Shown here one piece after another: positions 1 to 10,502 of a stretch of 64,000 nt of DNA. Position numbers and translations under genes: made by a program. The DNA comes from Clostridia bacterium. GTDB taxonomy: Bacteria > Bacillota > Clostridia > Monoglobales > Monoglobaceae. Where the stretch lies: positions 10,075 to 74,074 of the forward strand of contig JAFSDN010000088.1 in the NCBI GenBank assembly GCA_017436245.1, given 5' to 3'. How positions within the stretch are numbered: the stretch's first letter is position 1; the number at the start of each line of letters is the position of its first letter. Under the pieces are notes generated by a model, which saw nothing but the letters and a program-made list of their open reading frames with translations, had not been told where the DNA came from and made no database searches.

Positions 1-2
1 AA

Positions 3-284
3 ATGCGTCGTAATATTGAGGTGTTCAGAACAAGGATTATTTCATTGCTCACTTCGCAGATGGATTTTGTCAAGGACTTCAATATGCCCGACAATGTGAA
101 AAGACGGGACATCAAGGTTGAGGTTCCCACAACTGTGCCGAGGACAACAGTTGATGAAGAATATGCAAACGGTGCAAAATCGACTCTTGAACGACTGGAG
201 CAGATGACTCAGGAGCTTCCTAAGATTGTTGTTAACGAAAAGGGAGAATATGTTGAGGCAAAGGAAGATGCTTCGGAGGGTTGA
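3..284 (+). CDS. C-terminal fragment of a DivIVA-like cell-division protein (5' end outside window)
   Basis: The ORF is open to the left edge of the window. The segment VFRTRIISLLTSQMDFV resembles the conserved FRTRFKMLIEAQLDLL helix of Bacillus DivIVA (recalled from memory). It sits upstream of lspA-rluD, as in many Firmicutes. Confidence 0.45.
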   Translation: MRRNIEVFRTRIISLLTSQMDFVKDFNMPDNVKRRDIKVEVPTTVPRTTVDEEYANGAKSTLERLEQMTQELPKIVVNEKGEYVEAKEDASEG

Positions 285-393
285 TGCTACATAACTCTTG
301 AGCAAAGAAAGTTTATATTTTATCTGACTGAGACAGCTTTGTGGATTTTCCGCAGGCTGTTTTCGGTAGATTTGGGTTTTTTCGGGAGAAGAT

Positions 394-867
394 ATGATTT
401 ATATTTGTTTGACAGTTATTATATTTGGTGTTGATATTGCAACAAAATTTCTGGCAAAAAACCATCTGGCAGGCTCACCGTCAATTCCGCTGATTGATGA
501 TGTTTTTCATCTGACTTATGTTGAAAACAGAGGTGCGGCATTTGGAATTTTGCAGGGCGGGCTGCCGTTTTTTATAATTGTTGCTGCTGTGATGGCGGTT
601 GTTGTTGTTTGGCTGCTCAGAACATATAAAATACGGCATCCGCTGATGAAGCTGGGTCTCAGCTTTTTGTGTTCGGGTGCTTTGGGCAACACCGTTGACA
701 GAATTATGCAGGGGTACGTGGTGGATTTTTTTGATTTCAGACTGATTGACTTCCCTGTGTTTAATGTTGCCGATATTTTTGTGTGTCTGGGTGCCGGATT
801 GCTGGCGGTATTTTTTGTTTTTTTTGATGATAAGGATAAAAAAAGAGGCTGTGAAAATGAAGATTAG
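394..867 (+). CDS. lspA: Lipoprotein signal peptidase (signal peptidase II)
   Basis: 157 aa and multi-TM. It carries the signal peptidase II motifs VENRGAAFG and FNVADIFVCLG. RBS GGGAGAAG lies upstream of the ATG. Confidence 0.9.
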   Translation: MIYICLTVIIFGVDIATKFLAKNHLAGSPSIPLIDDVFHLTYVENRGAAFGILQGGLPFFIIVAAVMAVVVVWLLRTYKIRHPLMKLGLSFLCSGALGNTVDRIMQGYVVDFFDFRLIDFPVFNVADIFVCLGAGLLAVFFVFFDDKDKKRGCENED

Positions 868-1765
868 TGCAACGGATGCGGGAAAAAGACTGGATTCATA
901 CCTTGCTGACAGCTTTGAAGAGCTGACCCGTTCACGGGTTCAGAAGCTCATTGTTCAGGGCGAAATCAGGGTCAACGGCAAGGAAGTCCGTGCAAATTAC
1001 AAGCTCAGAGAAGCGGATGATGTTGAGGTCAATATTCCCGATGCCAAAGAGGTTGAAATCACTGCAGAGGAAATTCCCCTTGATATTGTTTTTGAGGATG
1101 AATGTATGCTTGTTGTGAACAAGCCTCAGGGGATGGTTGTTCATCCTGCGGCAGGGAATTACAGCGGAACTTTGGTAAATGCCCTGATGTCCCATTGCGG
1201 TGATAATCTTTCGGGCATAAACGGCGAAATCCGTCCCGGGATTCTGCACAGAATTGACAAGGACACAAGCGGTCTTTTGATGGTTGCAAAAAATGACAGG
1301 GCACATATGGGGCTTTCGGAGCAGATAAAGGAGCACAGCCTCACAAGAGAATACCTTGCTTTGGTTCACGGCAGTCTGAAGGAAGACAGCGGAACAATTG
1401 ATGCTCCAATCGGCCGTGACGAAAAGGACCGTAAAAAAATGACAATAACAACAAAAAACGCCAGAAATGCGGTTACGCATTTTTTTGTGTTGGAGAGGTT
1501 TGATAAGTACACTTTTGTGAGGTGCCGCCTTGAAACGGGTCGGACTCACCAAATCAGAGTTCATATGTCAAAGTCGGGGCATCCCATTGTGGGAGATCCG
1601 GTTTATGGCAGAAAAAAGGAAGAGTTTAAGCTGAACGGTCAGCTTTTGCATGCTCACATGATTGGATTTGTGCATCCTGTGTCGGGCGAATATATGGAGT
1701 TTTCAAGGGCGATTCCCGAATATTTTGAAGCTGTGCTGGAAAAACTGAGGAGGAAAATGCTGTGA
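857..1765 (+). CDS. rluD: 23S rRNA pseudouridine synthase, RluA/RluD family
   Basis: The start was moved to ATG 857 (MKISATDAGKRLDSYLA, S4-like N-terminus) instead of the 746 ORF start, which lies inside lspA. It carries the catalytic motif HRIDKDTSGLLMVAKN and overlaps the lspA end by 11 nt. Confidence 0.9.
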   Translation: MKISATDAGKRLDSYLADSFEELTRSRVQKLIVQGEIRVNGKEVRANYKLREADDVEVNIPDAKEVEITAEEIPLDIVFEDECMLVVNKPQGMVVHPAAGNYSGTLVNALMSHCGDNLSGINGEIRPGILHRIDKDTSGLLMVAKNDRAHMGLSEQIKEHSLTREYLALVHGSLKEDSGTIDAPIGRDEKDRKKMTITTKNARNAVTHFFVLERFDKYTFVRCRLETGRTHQIRVHMSKSGHPIVGDPVYGRKKEEFKLNGQLLHAHMIGFVHPVSGEYMEFSRAIPEYFEAVLEKLRRKML

Positions 1766-2481
1766 GTGTTCACGACGGGCATAGAAAGCGACTTGACAAA
1801 AAGGTTCTTGAACAGAGCTATGAGATGCTTGAAGCACACGAACAGCTGGAGCATCTTTTGTTTGCTGTCATCCCCAGGGGCGACACAAACGCCATTGCCC
1901 ACAGACTTTTGCGCCGTTTCATAACCGTTGGAGCGGTTCTTCATGCTGATGTTGAGGAGCTTATGAAAATTGAGGGCGTTGGACAGCGGACAGCCATGTT
2001 TCTTACCAATCTGCCCAAGCTTTTGGGGATTGTTGAACGAAGCATGGCAAAGGAAAACGCTCCAAAGCTGGATAGCTATGAAAAGATTACGGATTTTGCC
2101 AAGAGCTATTTTTACGGAAAGCTGATTGAAGAGGTTTATGTAATCAGCCTTGATGCATCCTGCAAGCTTCTTGCCATATCCAAAGTTTCCAAGGGTGTGC
2201 AGGGCGAAGCCGGGGTTTCTCCTGCGGTGGTTGTGAGGCAGGCGCTGAACGACAACGCAAGCCAGACGGTTGTTGTACACAACCATCCCTGCGGTGTGCT
2301 GAGTCCATCGGGAGCAGACGTGAATTTGTCGGCAATGCTGAAGGATACTTTTGCCTCCATCGGGATTGACATGATTGACAGCCTGATTGTTTCGGGCGGT
2401 GAGTGTTACAGCATTGCAACCCATTATGACTTGGACAGGATAATTCGTGAAAAGAAGAGACAAGAAATCAAGGAGAAGTGA
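1762..2481 (+). CDS. radC: RadC-family JAB/MPN domain protein (UPF0758)
   Basis: A GTG start overlaps the rluD stop (GTGA). It carries the JAB motif HNHPCGVLSPSGADV and an N-terminal HhH-like region. Confidence 0.85.
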   Translation: MSVHDGHRKRLDKKVLEQSYEMLEAHEQLEHLLFAVIPRGDTNAIAHRLLRRFITVGAVLHADVEELMKIEGVGQRTAMFLTNLPKLLGIVERSMAKENAPKLDSYEKITDFAKSYFYGKLIEEVYVISLDASCKLLAISKVSKGVQGEAGVSPAVVVRQALNDNASQTVVVHNHPCGVLSPSGADVNLSAMLKDTFASIGIDMIDSLIVSGGECYSIATHYDLDRIIREKKRQEIKEK

Positions 2482-2484
2482 CGT

Positions 2485-4455
2485 ATGGATTTTCAGGTTG
2501 TATCTCAATATAAGCCATCGGGCGACCAGCCTCAGGCAATTGAGGCTCTTGCCAAGGGCGTTCTGATGGGCGACAAATTCCAGACCCTTATGGGCGTTAC
2601 GGGCTCGGGAAAGACCTTCACAATGGCAAATGTCATTGAAAAGGTGAACAGACCCACTCTTGTTCTTGCTCACAACAAAACCCTTGCGGCACAGCTTTGC
2701 AGTGAATTTAAGGAGATTTTTCCCAATAATGCGGTGGAGTATTTTGTTTCCTATTATGATTATTATCAGCCCGAAGCGTATATTCCCAATTCGGATACCT
2801 ATATTGAGAAGGATGCCCAGACAAACGAAGATATTGACAAGCTGCGTCACTCTGCGACGGCAGCTCTTTTTGAACGCCGTGATGTTATTATTGTGGCCTC
2901 TGTTTCCTGTATTTACGGTCTTGGCGACCCCATTGACTACAACAACATGGTGATTTCCCTCAGAACGGGTATGGAGCGTGACCGTGACGAGGTTATTGAC
3001 AAGCTGATTGAAATTCAGTATGAAAGAAATGACATAAACTTTACCCGAAACAAATTCCGTGTCCGTGGCGATGTTGTGGACGTTTTCCCCTCCTATTCTT
3101 CAGGAAATGCCATACGGATTGAGTTTTTTGGCGACGAGGTTGACCGCATTGCCGAAATCAGCTCGGTTACGGGCGAGGTAATCAAGGTTTTGAAGCACGT
3201 TGCAATTTACCCGGCTTCCCATTATGTTGCAAGCAAGGACAAGCTGGAGCGTGCAATCGGTCAGATTGAGGCTGAAATGGAGGCTCGGGTTGAAGAATTC
3301 AAGGCAAAGGAGTGTCTCATTGAAGCACAGCGCATAAAGGAAAGAACGAAATATGACATTGAAATGCTTCGTGAAACAGGGTTCTGTCAGGGAATTGAGA
3401 ATTATTCCAGGCACATAAGCGGCAGAGAACCGGGAAGTCCGCCATTCACTCTCCTTGATTATCTTCCAAAGGATTTTTTGCTTATGGTGGATGAATCCCA
3501 CGTTACAATTCCTCAGGTTCGTGCCATGTATGCAGGGGACCGTGCAAGAAAGACAAATCTTGTGGAATACGGCTTTCGTCTGCCCTCGGCTTATGACAAC
3601 AGACCTCTTAATTTTGACGAATTTTATGACCACATCAATCAGGCGATTTTTGTCAGCGCAACTCCTGCGGATTTTGAAAAGGAACGCTCTGCAAGGGTGG
3701 TTGAGCAGGTTATCCGACCCACAGGGCTTCTTGACCCCAAAATTTCGGTACGGCCAATTGAGGGGCAGATTGATGATTTGTATGGCGAGATAAAAACAAG
3801 AATTGCCAAAAATGAAAGGGTTCTTGTCACCACTCTCACAAAGAAAATGGCAGAACGCCTCACCGAATACTTTGAGGAAATGGATTTGAAGGTCAGGTAT
3901 CTTCATTCCGAGGTGGAAACAATTGAGCGTATGGAAATTATCCGTGATTTGCGTCTGGGTGTTTTTGATGTGCTTGTTGGAATCAATCTTCTGCGTGAAG
4001 GTCTTGACATCCCCGAGGTTTCACTTGTGGCAATTCTTGATGCGGACAAGGTGGGCTTTTTGCGAAGCGACACATCCCTGATTCAGACAATCGGGCGTGC
4101 GGCACGTAATGCGGAGGGCACAGTTATAATGTATGCCGACACAGTTACGGGTTCAATGGAAAGAGCCATTTCAGAAACGGAGCGTCGCCGTGAAATTCAG
4201 CAGGCATACAACCAAAAGCACGGAATTGTTCCAAAGACAATCAGAAAAGAAGTTTACGAAATAATTGAAGCAACCGTTGCTGACAGCAAGGTTCCCAAGC
4301 ACGGCAGACGGACATCAGAGAATGCTGCAGCGGATGTAACCAAAAAGACAATTGCTGAGCTAACCATTGAAATGAAAAAGGCTGCAGAATTGCTTCAGTT
4401 TGAATTGGCTGCGAAGTTGCGTGACGAAATACGAAAGTTGGGGGGAGAAATATGA
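2485..4455 (+). CDS. uvrB: Excinuclease ABC subunit B
   Basis: 656 aa. It has Walker A GVTGSGKT, helicase motifs and the C-terminal UVR motif [18 protein letters not shown]. Confidence 0.97.
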   Translation: MDFQVVSQYKPSGDQPQAIEALAKGVLMGDKFQTLMGVTGSGKTFTMANVIEKVNRPTLVLAHNKTLAAQLCSEFKEIFPNNAVEYFVSYYDYYQPEAYIPNSDTYIEKDAQTNEDIDKLRHSATAALFERRDVIIVASVSCIYGLGDPIDYNNMVISLRTGMERDRDEVIDKLIEIQYERNDINFTRNKFRVRGDVVDVFPSYSSGNAIRIEFFGDEVDRIAEISSVTGEVIKVLKHVAIYPASHYVASKDKLERAIGQIEAEMEARVEEFKAKECLIEAQRIKERTKYDIEMLRETGFCQGIENYSRHISGREPGSPPFTLLDYLPKDFLLMVDESHVTIPQVRAMYAGDRARKTNLVEYGFRLPSAYDNRPLNFDEFYDHINQAIFVSATPADFEKERSARVVEQVIRPTGLLDPKISVRPIEGQIDDLYGEIKTRIAKNERVLVTTLTKKMAERLTEYFEEMDLKVRYLHSEVETIERMEIIRDLRLGVFDVLVGINLLREGLDIPEVSLVAILDADKVGFLRSDTSLIQTIGRAARNAEGTVIMYADTVTGSMERAISETERRREIQQAYNQKHGIVPKTIRKEVYEIIEATVADSKVPKHGRRTSENAAADVTKKTIAELTIEMKKAAELLQFELAAKLRDEIRKLGGEI

Positions 4456-7295
4456 TTGAAAACAAATACAGTAAATACATTCACGTCAAGGGTGCAAGAG
4501 AGAACAATCTCAAGGGCATTGACGTGAAAATCCCCAGAGACAAGATGGTTGTGCTCACGGGGCTCAGCGGTTCGGGAAAGTCGTCCCTTGCCTTTGAGAC
4601 AATTTATGCCGAGGGTCAGAGGCGCTATGTGGAGTCATTGTCGGCATATGCACGTCAGTTTTTGGGTCAGATGGAAAAGCCCAATGTGGAATCCATTGAC
4701 GGACTTTCGCCTGCAATATCAATTGACCAGAAGACAACAAGCAAAAACCCACGTTCAACGGTGGGAACCGTTACTGAGGTTTATGACTATGTGCGCCTTT
4801 TGTTTGCAAGAATTGGTGTTCCACATTGTCCCAAGTGCGGAAAGGAAATTAAATCACAGAGCATTGACCAGATTGTGGACAGCGTGAAGGCTCTGCCCGA
4901 AAAAACAAAAATCCAGATTCTTGCCCCTGTTATCAGAGGCAGAAAGGGTGAATATACAAAGATTTTTGAAAAAGCCGCAAAGGACGGCTTTGTTCGTGTT
5001 CGTGTTGACGGCGAGATTTTTGACCCGTCGGCGGATGAAATCAAGCTGGACAAACAAAAAAAGCATAGTATTGAAATTGTTGTCGACCGTCTTGTTGTTC
5101 GTGAGGGAATGGACAAGCGCCTAACCGATTCCCTTGAAACAGCTTTGAAAATGGCAAACGGTCTTGTGGTTGTGCAGTTGATTGATGATGAACAGGAAAT
5201 GCTGTTCAGCCAGAATTATGCCTGCGATGACTGTGGAATTAATATTGAGGAGCTGACCCCAAGAATGTTCTCCTTCAACACGCCCTACGGTGCGTGCCCT
5301 CATTGTATGGGTCTGGGTGAGGTGGAGCTTCTTGATGTGGAAAGAATTGTTCCTGACAAGACAAAGAGCATAAATCAGGGGGCAATTGCCTGCTACGGCT
5401 GGACAGGAACCGACAAGGACAGCATTTCGGCAATGTATTACCGTGGCCTTTCAAAAAAATACGGGTTCAGTCTTGACACACCCTTTGAGGAGTTGCCCGA
5501 TGATATTGTGGACATTATCCTTTACGGAACAAAGGGCGAAAAGGTGCATCTCTCGTATGAAAAGACCTATGCAAGAGGCGAGCATTTTGCAAGGTTTGAG
5601 GGGATTGTCAACAATGTTCTGAGGCGTTATCAGGAAACCAATTCCGACTGGGCAAAGCGTGAGATTCAGGAGTTTATGAACACAACTCCCTGCCCTGAAT
5701 GTAAGGGAACACGTTTGAAAAAGGAAAGCCTTGCGGTTACGGTCAAGGACAGGAACATAAATGATGTGTGCAATCTGTCCATTGCGGAGGCAATGACCTT
5801 TTTTGAGGAAATGGAGCTGACCCAAAGAGAGGAGTTCATTGGCAAACAGATTTTGAAGGAAATCAAGGCACGACTTTCGTTTTTGGTTAGTGTTGGGCTT
5901 GAATATCTGACTCTTTCACGTTCAAGCGGAACACTTTCGGGCGGTGAAGCTCAGAGAATTCGTCTTGCCAGCCAGATTGGTTCGGGGCTTATGGGCGTGG
6001 TTTATATCCTTGACGAGCCAAGCATCGGTCTTCATCAGAGGGACAACCACAAGCTCATTGATATGCTGAAAAAGCTCCGTGACTTGGGTAATACACTTAT
6101 TGTGGTTGAGCACGATGAGGATACCATGCGTGCCGCTGACCATATTATTGACATTGGCCCCGGTGCGGGAATTCACGGCGGCTATGTTGTTGCGGAGGGT
6201 ACTGCAGAGGAAATTATGAAGTGCAAAGAGTCGGAAACGGGGCAGTATCTCAGCGGCCGGAAGTTTATACCTGTGCCCTTTGCAAGACGTCAGGGCAACG
6301 GCAGCTTTCTTCGGCTTGAAGGAGCGGCACAGAATAATCTGAAAAATGTTAATGTTGAAATTCCTCTGGGAACATTCACTTGCGTTACGGGTGTTTCGGG
6401 CAGCGGAAAAAGCTCTTTGGTTAATGAAGTGCTGTTTAAGATTCTTGCAAATGACCTGAACCGTGCAAAGCAAAAGCCCGGAAAATACAAAAAAATCAGC
6501 GGTCTTGAGAATCTTGACAAGGTGATTGACATTGACCAGTCACCAATCGGCAGAACGCCACGGTCAAATCCTGCAACCTATACAGGACTTTTTGGGGACA
6601 TAAGGAATCTCTTTGCATCAACGCCCGATGCAAAGTCCCGAGGCTACGGTGCCGGAAGATTCAGCTTTAATGTCAAGGGCGGCAGATGCGAATCCTGTCA
6701 GGGTGACGGAATAATCAAAATTGAAATGCACTTTTTGCCCGATATTTATATGCCCTGTGAGGTTTGTAACGGAAAGCGCTACAACCGTGAGACACTTGAG
6801 GTAAAGTTCAAGGGAAAGAGCATTGCGGATGTTCTTGACATGACCGTTGAGGAGGGAATGTACTTTTTTGAGAGCATTCCCAAAATTGCAAACCGCCTGA
6901 GAACACTTTATGAAGTGGGATTGGGATATATCAAAATCGGGCAGTCTTCAACCACCCTTTCGGGCGGTGAGGCACAGCGTGTCAAGCTGGCAACAGAACT
7001 GAGCAAGCGGAGCACCGGCAAGACAATTTATATCCTTGATGAACCCACAACAGGTCTTCACACGGCGGATGTTCATCGCCTCATTGAGGTTTTGCAGAGG
7101 CTTGTTGATTCGGGGAATACGGTTGTTGTAATTGAACATAATCTTGATGTTATTAAAACAGCGGACTATATAATTGACCTTGGCCCCGAGGGGGGCAACA
7201 AGGGCGGCACGGTTGTTGCCAAGGGTACTCCCGAAGATGTGGTGAAATGCAAGAAATCGTATACGGGAATGTATCTGAAGGACGTACTGAAGTAA
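4452..7295 (+). CDS. uvrA: Excinuclease ABC subunit A
   Basis: 947 aa. It has two ABC modules (GLSGSGKSS and GVSGSGKSS, with LSGGEAQR twice) and Cys4 zinc fingers. An ATGA overlap joins it to the uvrB stop. Confidence 0.97.
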   Translation: MIENKYSKYIHVKGARENNLKGIDVKIPRDKMVVLTGLSGSGKSSLAFETIYAEGQRRYVESLSAYARQFLGQMEKPNVESIDGLSPAISIDQKTTSKNPRSTVGTVTEVYDYVRLLFARIGVPHCPKCGKEIKSQSIDQIVDSVKALPEKTKIQILAPVIRGRKGEYTKIFEKAAKDGFVRVRVDGEIFDPSADEIKLDKQKKHSIEIVVDRLVVREGMDKRLTDSLETALKMANGLVVVQLIDDEQEMLFSQNYACDDCGINIEELTPRMFSFNTPYGACPHCMGLGEVELLDVERIVPDKTKSINQGAIACYGWTGTDKDSISAMYYRGLSKKYGFSLDTPFEELPDDIVDIILYGTKGEKVHLSYEKTYARGEHFARFEGIVNNVLRRYQETNSDWAKREIQEFMNTTPCPECKGTRLKKESLAVTVKDRNINDVCNLSIAEAMTFFEEMELTQREEFIGKQILKEIKARLSFLVSVGLEYLTLSRSSGTLSGGEAQRIRLASQIGSGLMGVVYILDEPSIGLHQRDNHKLIDMLKKLRDLGNTLIVVEHDEDTMRAADHIIDIGPGAGIHGGYVVAEGTAEEIMKCKESETGQYLSGRKFIPVPFARRQGNGSFLRLEGAAQNNLKNVNVEIPLGTFTCVTGVSGSGKSSLVNEVLFKILANDLNRAKQKPGKYKKISGLENLDKVIDIDQSPIGRTPRSNPATYTGLFGDIRNLFASTPDAKSRGYGAGRFSFNVKGGRCESCQGDGIIKIEMHFLPDIYMPCEVCNGKRYNRETLEVKFKGKSIADVLDMTVEEGMYFFESIPKIANRLRTLYEVGLGYIKIGQSSTTLSGGEAQRVKLATELSKRSTGKTIYILDEPTTGLHTADVHRLIEVLQRLVDSGNTVVVIEHNLDVIKTADYIIDLGPEGGNKGGTVVAKGTPEDVVKCKKSYTGMYLKDVLK

Positions 7296-7300
7296 CTTAA

Positions 7301-7446
7301 AAGGTTCTTTATCAAATGTTGGGGTTTAGTAAAAAAAGATGTTTCGACTACGCTCAACATGACCTTGTACCGGCAAGTTTTAGTCATTCTGAGCGCAGCG
7401 AAGAATCTTTACAAAGCATTTACCCCAACATTTGTTACAGAACCTT
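7301..7446. repeat. Nested imperfect foldback (palindromic) intergenic element
   Basis: The outer arms, 7301-7325 (aaggttctttatcaaatgttggggt) and 7422-7446 (accccaacatttgttacagaacctt), are reverse complements with a few mismatches. The inner arms, 7338-7363 and 7383-7407 (gtcattctgagcgcagcgaagaatc), are also imperfect reverse complements. The centre contains cttgtaccggcaag. Confidence 0.7.
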
Positions 7447-7454
7447 ATAAAAAG

Positions 7455-7482
7455 CAAAGCCCTGCAGAGTTGCAGGGCTTTG
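7455..7482. terminator. Bidirectional rho-independent terminator between convergent uvrA and the ABC exporter
   Basis: A perfect 12-bp stem caaagccctgca/tgcagggctttg with loop gagt, and T/A-rich flanks on both sides. Confidence 0.8.
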
Positions 7483-7491
7483 TTTGTGTCA

Positions 7492-9219
7492 TTAAAGTGT
7501 GCTGTACATTGAGTACAGTTTTGCATATTCGCCGTTCTTTTCCATAAGCTGGGCGTGGGTGCCTTCCTCGGCAATTCCGTCGTTTGTGAGCACAAAAATT
7601 CTTGATGCATTTTTGATTGTTGTCAGGCGATGGGCAATGGTGAAGGTGGTTTTTCCTTCCGAAAGGCGTTTGAGTGATTTTTGAACAAGAAGCTCGCTTT
7701 CGTTGTCCAGAGCCGAGGTTGCTTCGTCAAGAATCAGTATGGGCGGATTCTTTAAAAACAGTCTGGCAATACTGATTCTTTGCTTCTGACCGCCCGAAAG
7801 CTTGAGCCCTCTTTCGCCCACATAGGTGTCATAGCCGTCTTTTAATTGGCTGATAAAATCGTGAGCACCTGCTGCTTTTGCGGCTTCAATAACCTGGTCA
7901 CGGGTTGCGTCGGGCTTGCCGTAGATTATGTTTTCATATACAGAACCGCTGAAAAGATATACATCCTGCTGAACCATACCGATGTTGTTGCGGAGTGAGT
8001 TGAGCGTTATTTCACGGATGTCGGTGCCGTCGATGAGGATTTTGCCCGATGTCAGGTCATAAAACCTTGGAATCAGGTTGCACATGGTGGTTTTTCCGCC
8101 CCCTGAGGGACCCACAATGGCGATATTCTCGCCGGCTTCAACTGAGATATTCATATTTTCAAGAACATTGTCTGCACCATCGGTATATTTGAAGCTGACA
8201 TTGCAGAAGTCAACTCTGCCCGTAACATTTGTGAGTTCAACTGCATTTTGGGCATCCTTGATGTCAACAGGTTCGTCCATAATTTCCTGAAAGCGTTCAA
8301 TTCCTGTGATTCCGCGCTGAAACTGCTCGGTGAATTCAACAATACGTCTGATTGATGTTATGAGGGTTTGAATGTACAGCAGGTATGCAACAAAGTCGGC
8401 GGCATCAATTTGTCCGTCAACCATGAACCATGAACCAAGTATGATTACGGCTATGTACATAACTCCGTCAAAAAAACGTGTTCCCGACTGAAACCTTGCC
8501 ATATATTTATAGGCGTTTTTCTTTGCTTTGAAAAATCTTTTGTTGCCCTCGGCAAACTTTTCTCTTTCAATATCTTCGTTTGCAAAGCTTTTCACAACTC
8601 TCACGCCAAGGAGACTGTCTTCAAGGTCGGCATTAAGCTCACCAATTTGCCGGCGCTGTTCCTTGAATGCGTTTTTCATGTTCTTGCGGAAAACAAAAAC
8701 CGAAATAAGCATCAAAGGCAGCAACAAAAAAATCAGACAGGTGAGCTTTATGTTGATTGAGCCAAGAATTATAAACGCACCGATGATTTTGATTGCCGCA
8801 ATGAAAAATTCCTCAGGACAGTGGTGGGAAAACTCGGTTATGTCAAAAAGGTCGGAAGTCATTCGTGACATAAGCTGACCTATTTTTGTGTTGTCAAAAT
8901 ATTTGAAGGGGAGCTTTTGAAGATGGTCAAACATATCTCGCCGCATATCGGTTTCAAGCCTTGCCCCCATGACGTGCCCTGCATTTGCCATATAGTAGTT
9001 GGCGGCGGTGTCAATGAGCCTCAGCAACAGATACAGCCCCCCAAGCTTGAGCACCGTTGAAAAAAGAAACTCAAGGGCGGGGTCTGTTGCCATATTGGTG
9101 ATGTGACGAACTATGAGCGGAAAAACAAGCTCGCAGACTGTTGTGAGTGATGCACAAAGCAGGTCGAGGATGATTATTCCGATATATGGTTTGTAGTAAA
9201 CCGAAAATTTTTTAAACAT
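7492..9219 (-). CDS. ABC transporter, fused permease/ATP-binding protein (MsbA/type I exporter-like)
   Basis: 575 aa. It has an N-terminal six-TM domain, Walker A GPSGGGKTT, signature LSGGQKQR and Walker B ILILDEATSALD. Confidence 0.9.
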   Translation of the reverse strand: MFKKFSVYYKPYIGIIILDLLCASLTTVCELVFPLIVRHITNMATDPALEFLFSTVLKLGGLYLLLRLIDTAANYYMANAGHVMGARLETDMRRDMFDHLQKLPFKYFDNTKIGQLMSRMTSDLFDITEFSHHCPEEFFIAAIKIIGAFIILGSINIKLTCLIFLLLPLMLISVFVFRKNMKNAFKEQRRQIGELNADLEDSLLGVRVVKSFANEDIEREKFAEGNKRFFKAKKNAYKYMARFQSGTRFFDGVMYIAVIILGSWFMVDGQIDAADFVAYLLYIQTLITSIRRIVEFTEQFQRGITGIERFQEIMDEPVDIKDAQNAVELTNVTGRVDFCNVSFKYTDGADNVLENMNISVEAGENIAIVGPSGGGKTTMCNLIPRFYDLTSGKILIDGTDIREITLNSLRNNIGMVQQDVYLFSGSVYENIIYGKPDATRDQVIEAAKAAGAHDFISQLKDGYDTYVGERGLKLSGGQKQRISIARLFLKNPPILILDEATSALDNESELLVQKSLKRLSEGKTTFTIAHRLTTIKNASRIFVLTNDGIAEEGTHAQLMEKNGEYAKLYSMYSTL

Positions 9220-9298
9220 TTGATTTCACCTCGGAAAATGGATTAATATTATATGCGGTCTCAGATGTTTTCCGAAACCGCATAATCACTTATTATAG

Positions 9299-9793
9299 TT
9301 ATTCTACTGTATAAATATCAATTATTGTGCCTGAGGTGTTTGCATATTTTGTATTCATATAGAGAGTTGAACCAATATTAACCGACTGATTCGATTCGGT
9401 GAAATAGCCCGAATCGCTGACTTTGCCGTTGAGGGCTATTGTCAGCGTAACATCAAACTGTTCGGGAAATTCAACGTTCTGAACAGTTCCGTCTGTCAGC
9501 TCGGCAGGATGAATTGCAGGTGCGGGGGAAACATTGATGATGTCGCCGCAGTAATCCTTTGTTGTGGTGTTTGTAACTCTTTTTGAGTTTTTGAGTGCGT
9601 CAACTGTTCCCTGACGTACACCTCTCACAAGCACTTTATATTCAATGGCTTTGGTTTCGGTTGCGATTTTTTCTGTTGCGGGAGCAGAAAATTTTGTGTA
9701 AATTCCAAATGCCGCAACAAGTATACCAAGTATAACAATCAAGTCGATTATGCTGATTTTTCCGAATATTTTACCTTTTTCATTTATAAACAT
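9299..9793 (-). CDS. DUF4330-like membrane-anchored protein
   Basis: The start was set at ATG 9793 (MFINEKGKIFGKISIIDLIVILGIL), preceded by RBS GAAAGGTG. The longer ORF start lies inside the repeat element. The N-terminus matches my memory of the DUF4330 family consensus (GKLFGKINIIDL..). Confidence 0.55.
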   Translation of the reverse strand: MFINEKGKIFGKISIIDLIVILGILVAAFGIYTKFSAPATEKIATETKAIEYKVLVRGVRQGTVDALKNSKRVTNTTTKDYCGDIINVSPAPAIHPAELTDGTVQNVEFPEQFDVTLTIALNGKVSDSGYFTESNQSVNIGSTLYMNTKYANTSGTIIDIYTVE

Positions 9794-9816
9794 AATTTTC
9801 ACCTTTCTGACATTCG

Positions 9817-10004
9817 TTATAATTATTGTCGTGGAAACGGCAGAATGCCGTTTTAAGCGGAACACGCTCCGCAACTTTCAAGCATTTGTGCTTGAAAGCC
9901 GCGCATGATTGCAATAGTGTCGGTCTGTGAAAGCCACGGCTTTCACAGTGGTTTGCGATATATCGCAAACAAAAACGTAAATGCGTTTCACCGACTACTA
10001 TTAT
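9817..10004. repeat. 188-bp multi-hairpin intergenic element, copy A
   Basis: By eye it is roughly nine-tenths identical to 25380-25567 in the same orientation. It contains six consecutive hairpins, including aaacggca-gaa-tgccgttt, tttcaagca-tttg-tgcttgaaa, ctgtgaaagc-cacg-gctttcacag and gtttgcgata/tatcgcaaac. It abuts the stop codon of the upstream minus-strand gene. Confidence 0.9.
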
Positions 10005-10502
10005 TTAATTCAATTCAAGTCCGATTATATAGCCGTAGCCTGCACATCTTGGTGCCTTGACTGCAAGACCGTTGCCCACACGGAGGTCGGTTTTTCCGGC
10101 TGTTATGGCATCGTCTGTTTCGGTGACATCGGTTTCAAGAATTAATTTCACATCAAAAAACTGCGGGTCTTCAACCTTGCTTGCTGTTGCTGTGCTGTGG
10201 TCAACGATTGTTCGCTTTGCTTTGGTAACGGAAATATCCTTTATGGTTGAATAAAAACGCTCGGCTTCACCGCAGGTCAGTTTTTCCTTGTTGTCGGCGG
10301 CAAGCTCAAATTCCTTTGCCACAGCTTCGGTAACACGGGTAAGGTCAACGGTGAAGGTTGCCTTTCCTGAGGGGGCAGGCGTTGAATCGGTATTTACGGG
10401 GGCGGATGGCTTCAAAAGCATAAATGCCCCAAGGGCAATTGCTGCCGCAAGAATCAGAATTATGAATGCGTCAAGCAGATTGAATTTTGGCTTAGTTTTC
10501 AT
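10005..10502 (-). CDS. Membrane-anchored hypothetical protein (possibly DUF4330-related)
   Basis: 165 aa with RBS GGAGGT. The N-terminus KFNLLDAFIILILAAAIALGAF forms a single TM anchor, followed by an extracytoplasmic domain. The gene overlaps the upstream GT4 gene by 11 nt. Confidence 0.45.
   Translation of the reverse strand: MKTKPKFNLLDAFIILILAAAIALGAFMLLKPSAPVNTDSTPAPSGKATFTVDLTRVTEAVAKEFELAADNKEKLTCGEAERFYSTIKDISVTKAKRTIVDHSTATASKVEDPQFFDVKLILETDVTETDDAITAGKTDLRVGNGLAVKAPRCAGYGYIIGLELN

Noticed and set aside
746-856. N-terminal extension of the rluD ORF (start at 746)
   Set aside because: The extension lies inside lspA in another frame and translates to a hydrophobic nonsense sequence. 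ATG 857 gives the canonical S4-domain N-terminus.
1654-2850. 398-aa minus-strand ORF antisense to the rluD end, radC and the uvrB start
   Set aside because: It lies entirely opposite three strongly recognisable genes. Its sequence is low-complexity and Leu/Ile/Asn/Cys-rich, with no motifs and no RBS. It is a typical shadow ORF.
9780-9968. 62-aa ORF, plus the N-terminal extensions of the 9299-9874 and 24641-25468 ORFs, containing KVAERVPLKTAFCRFHDN
   Set aside because: These translations arise from the two copies of the 188-bp hairpin element. Differences between the copies are compensatory for base-pairing rather than synonymous, so the conservation is structural and not coding.
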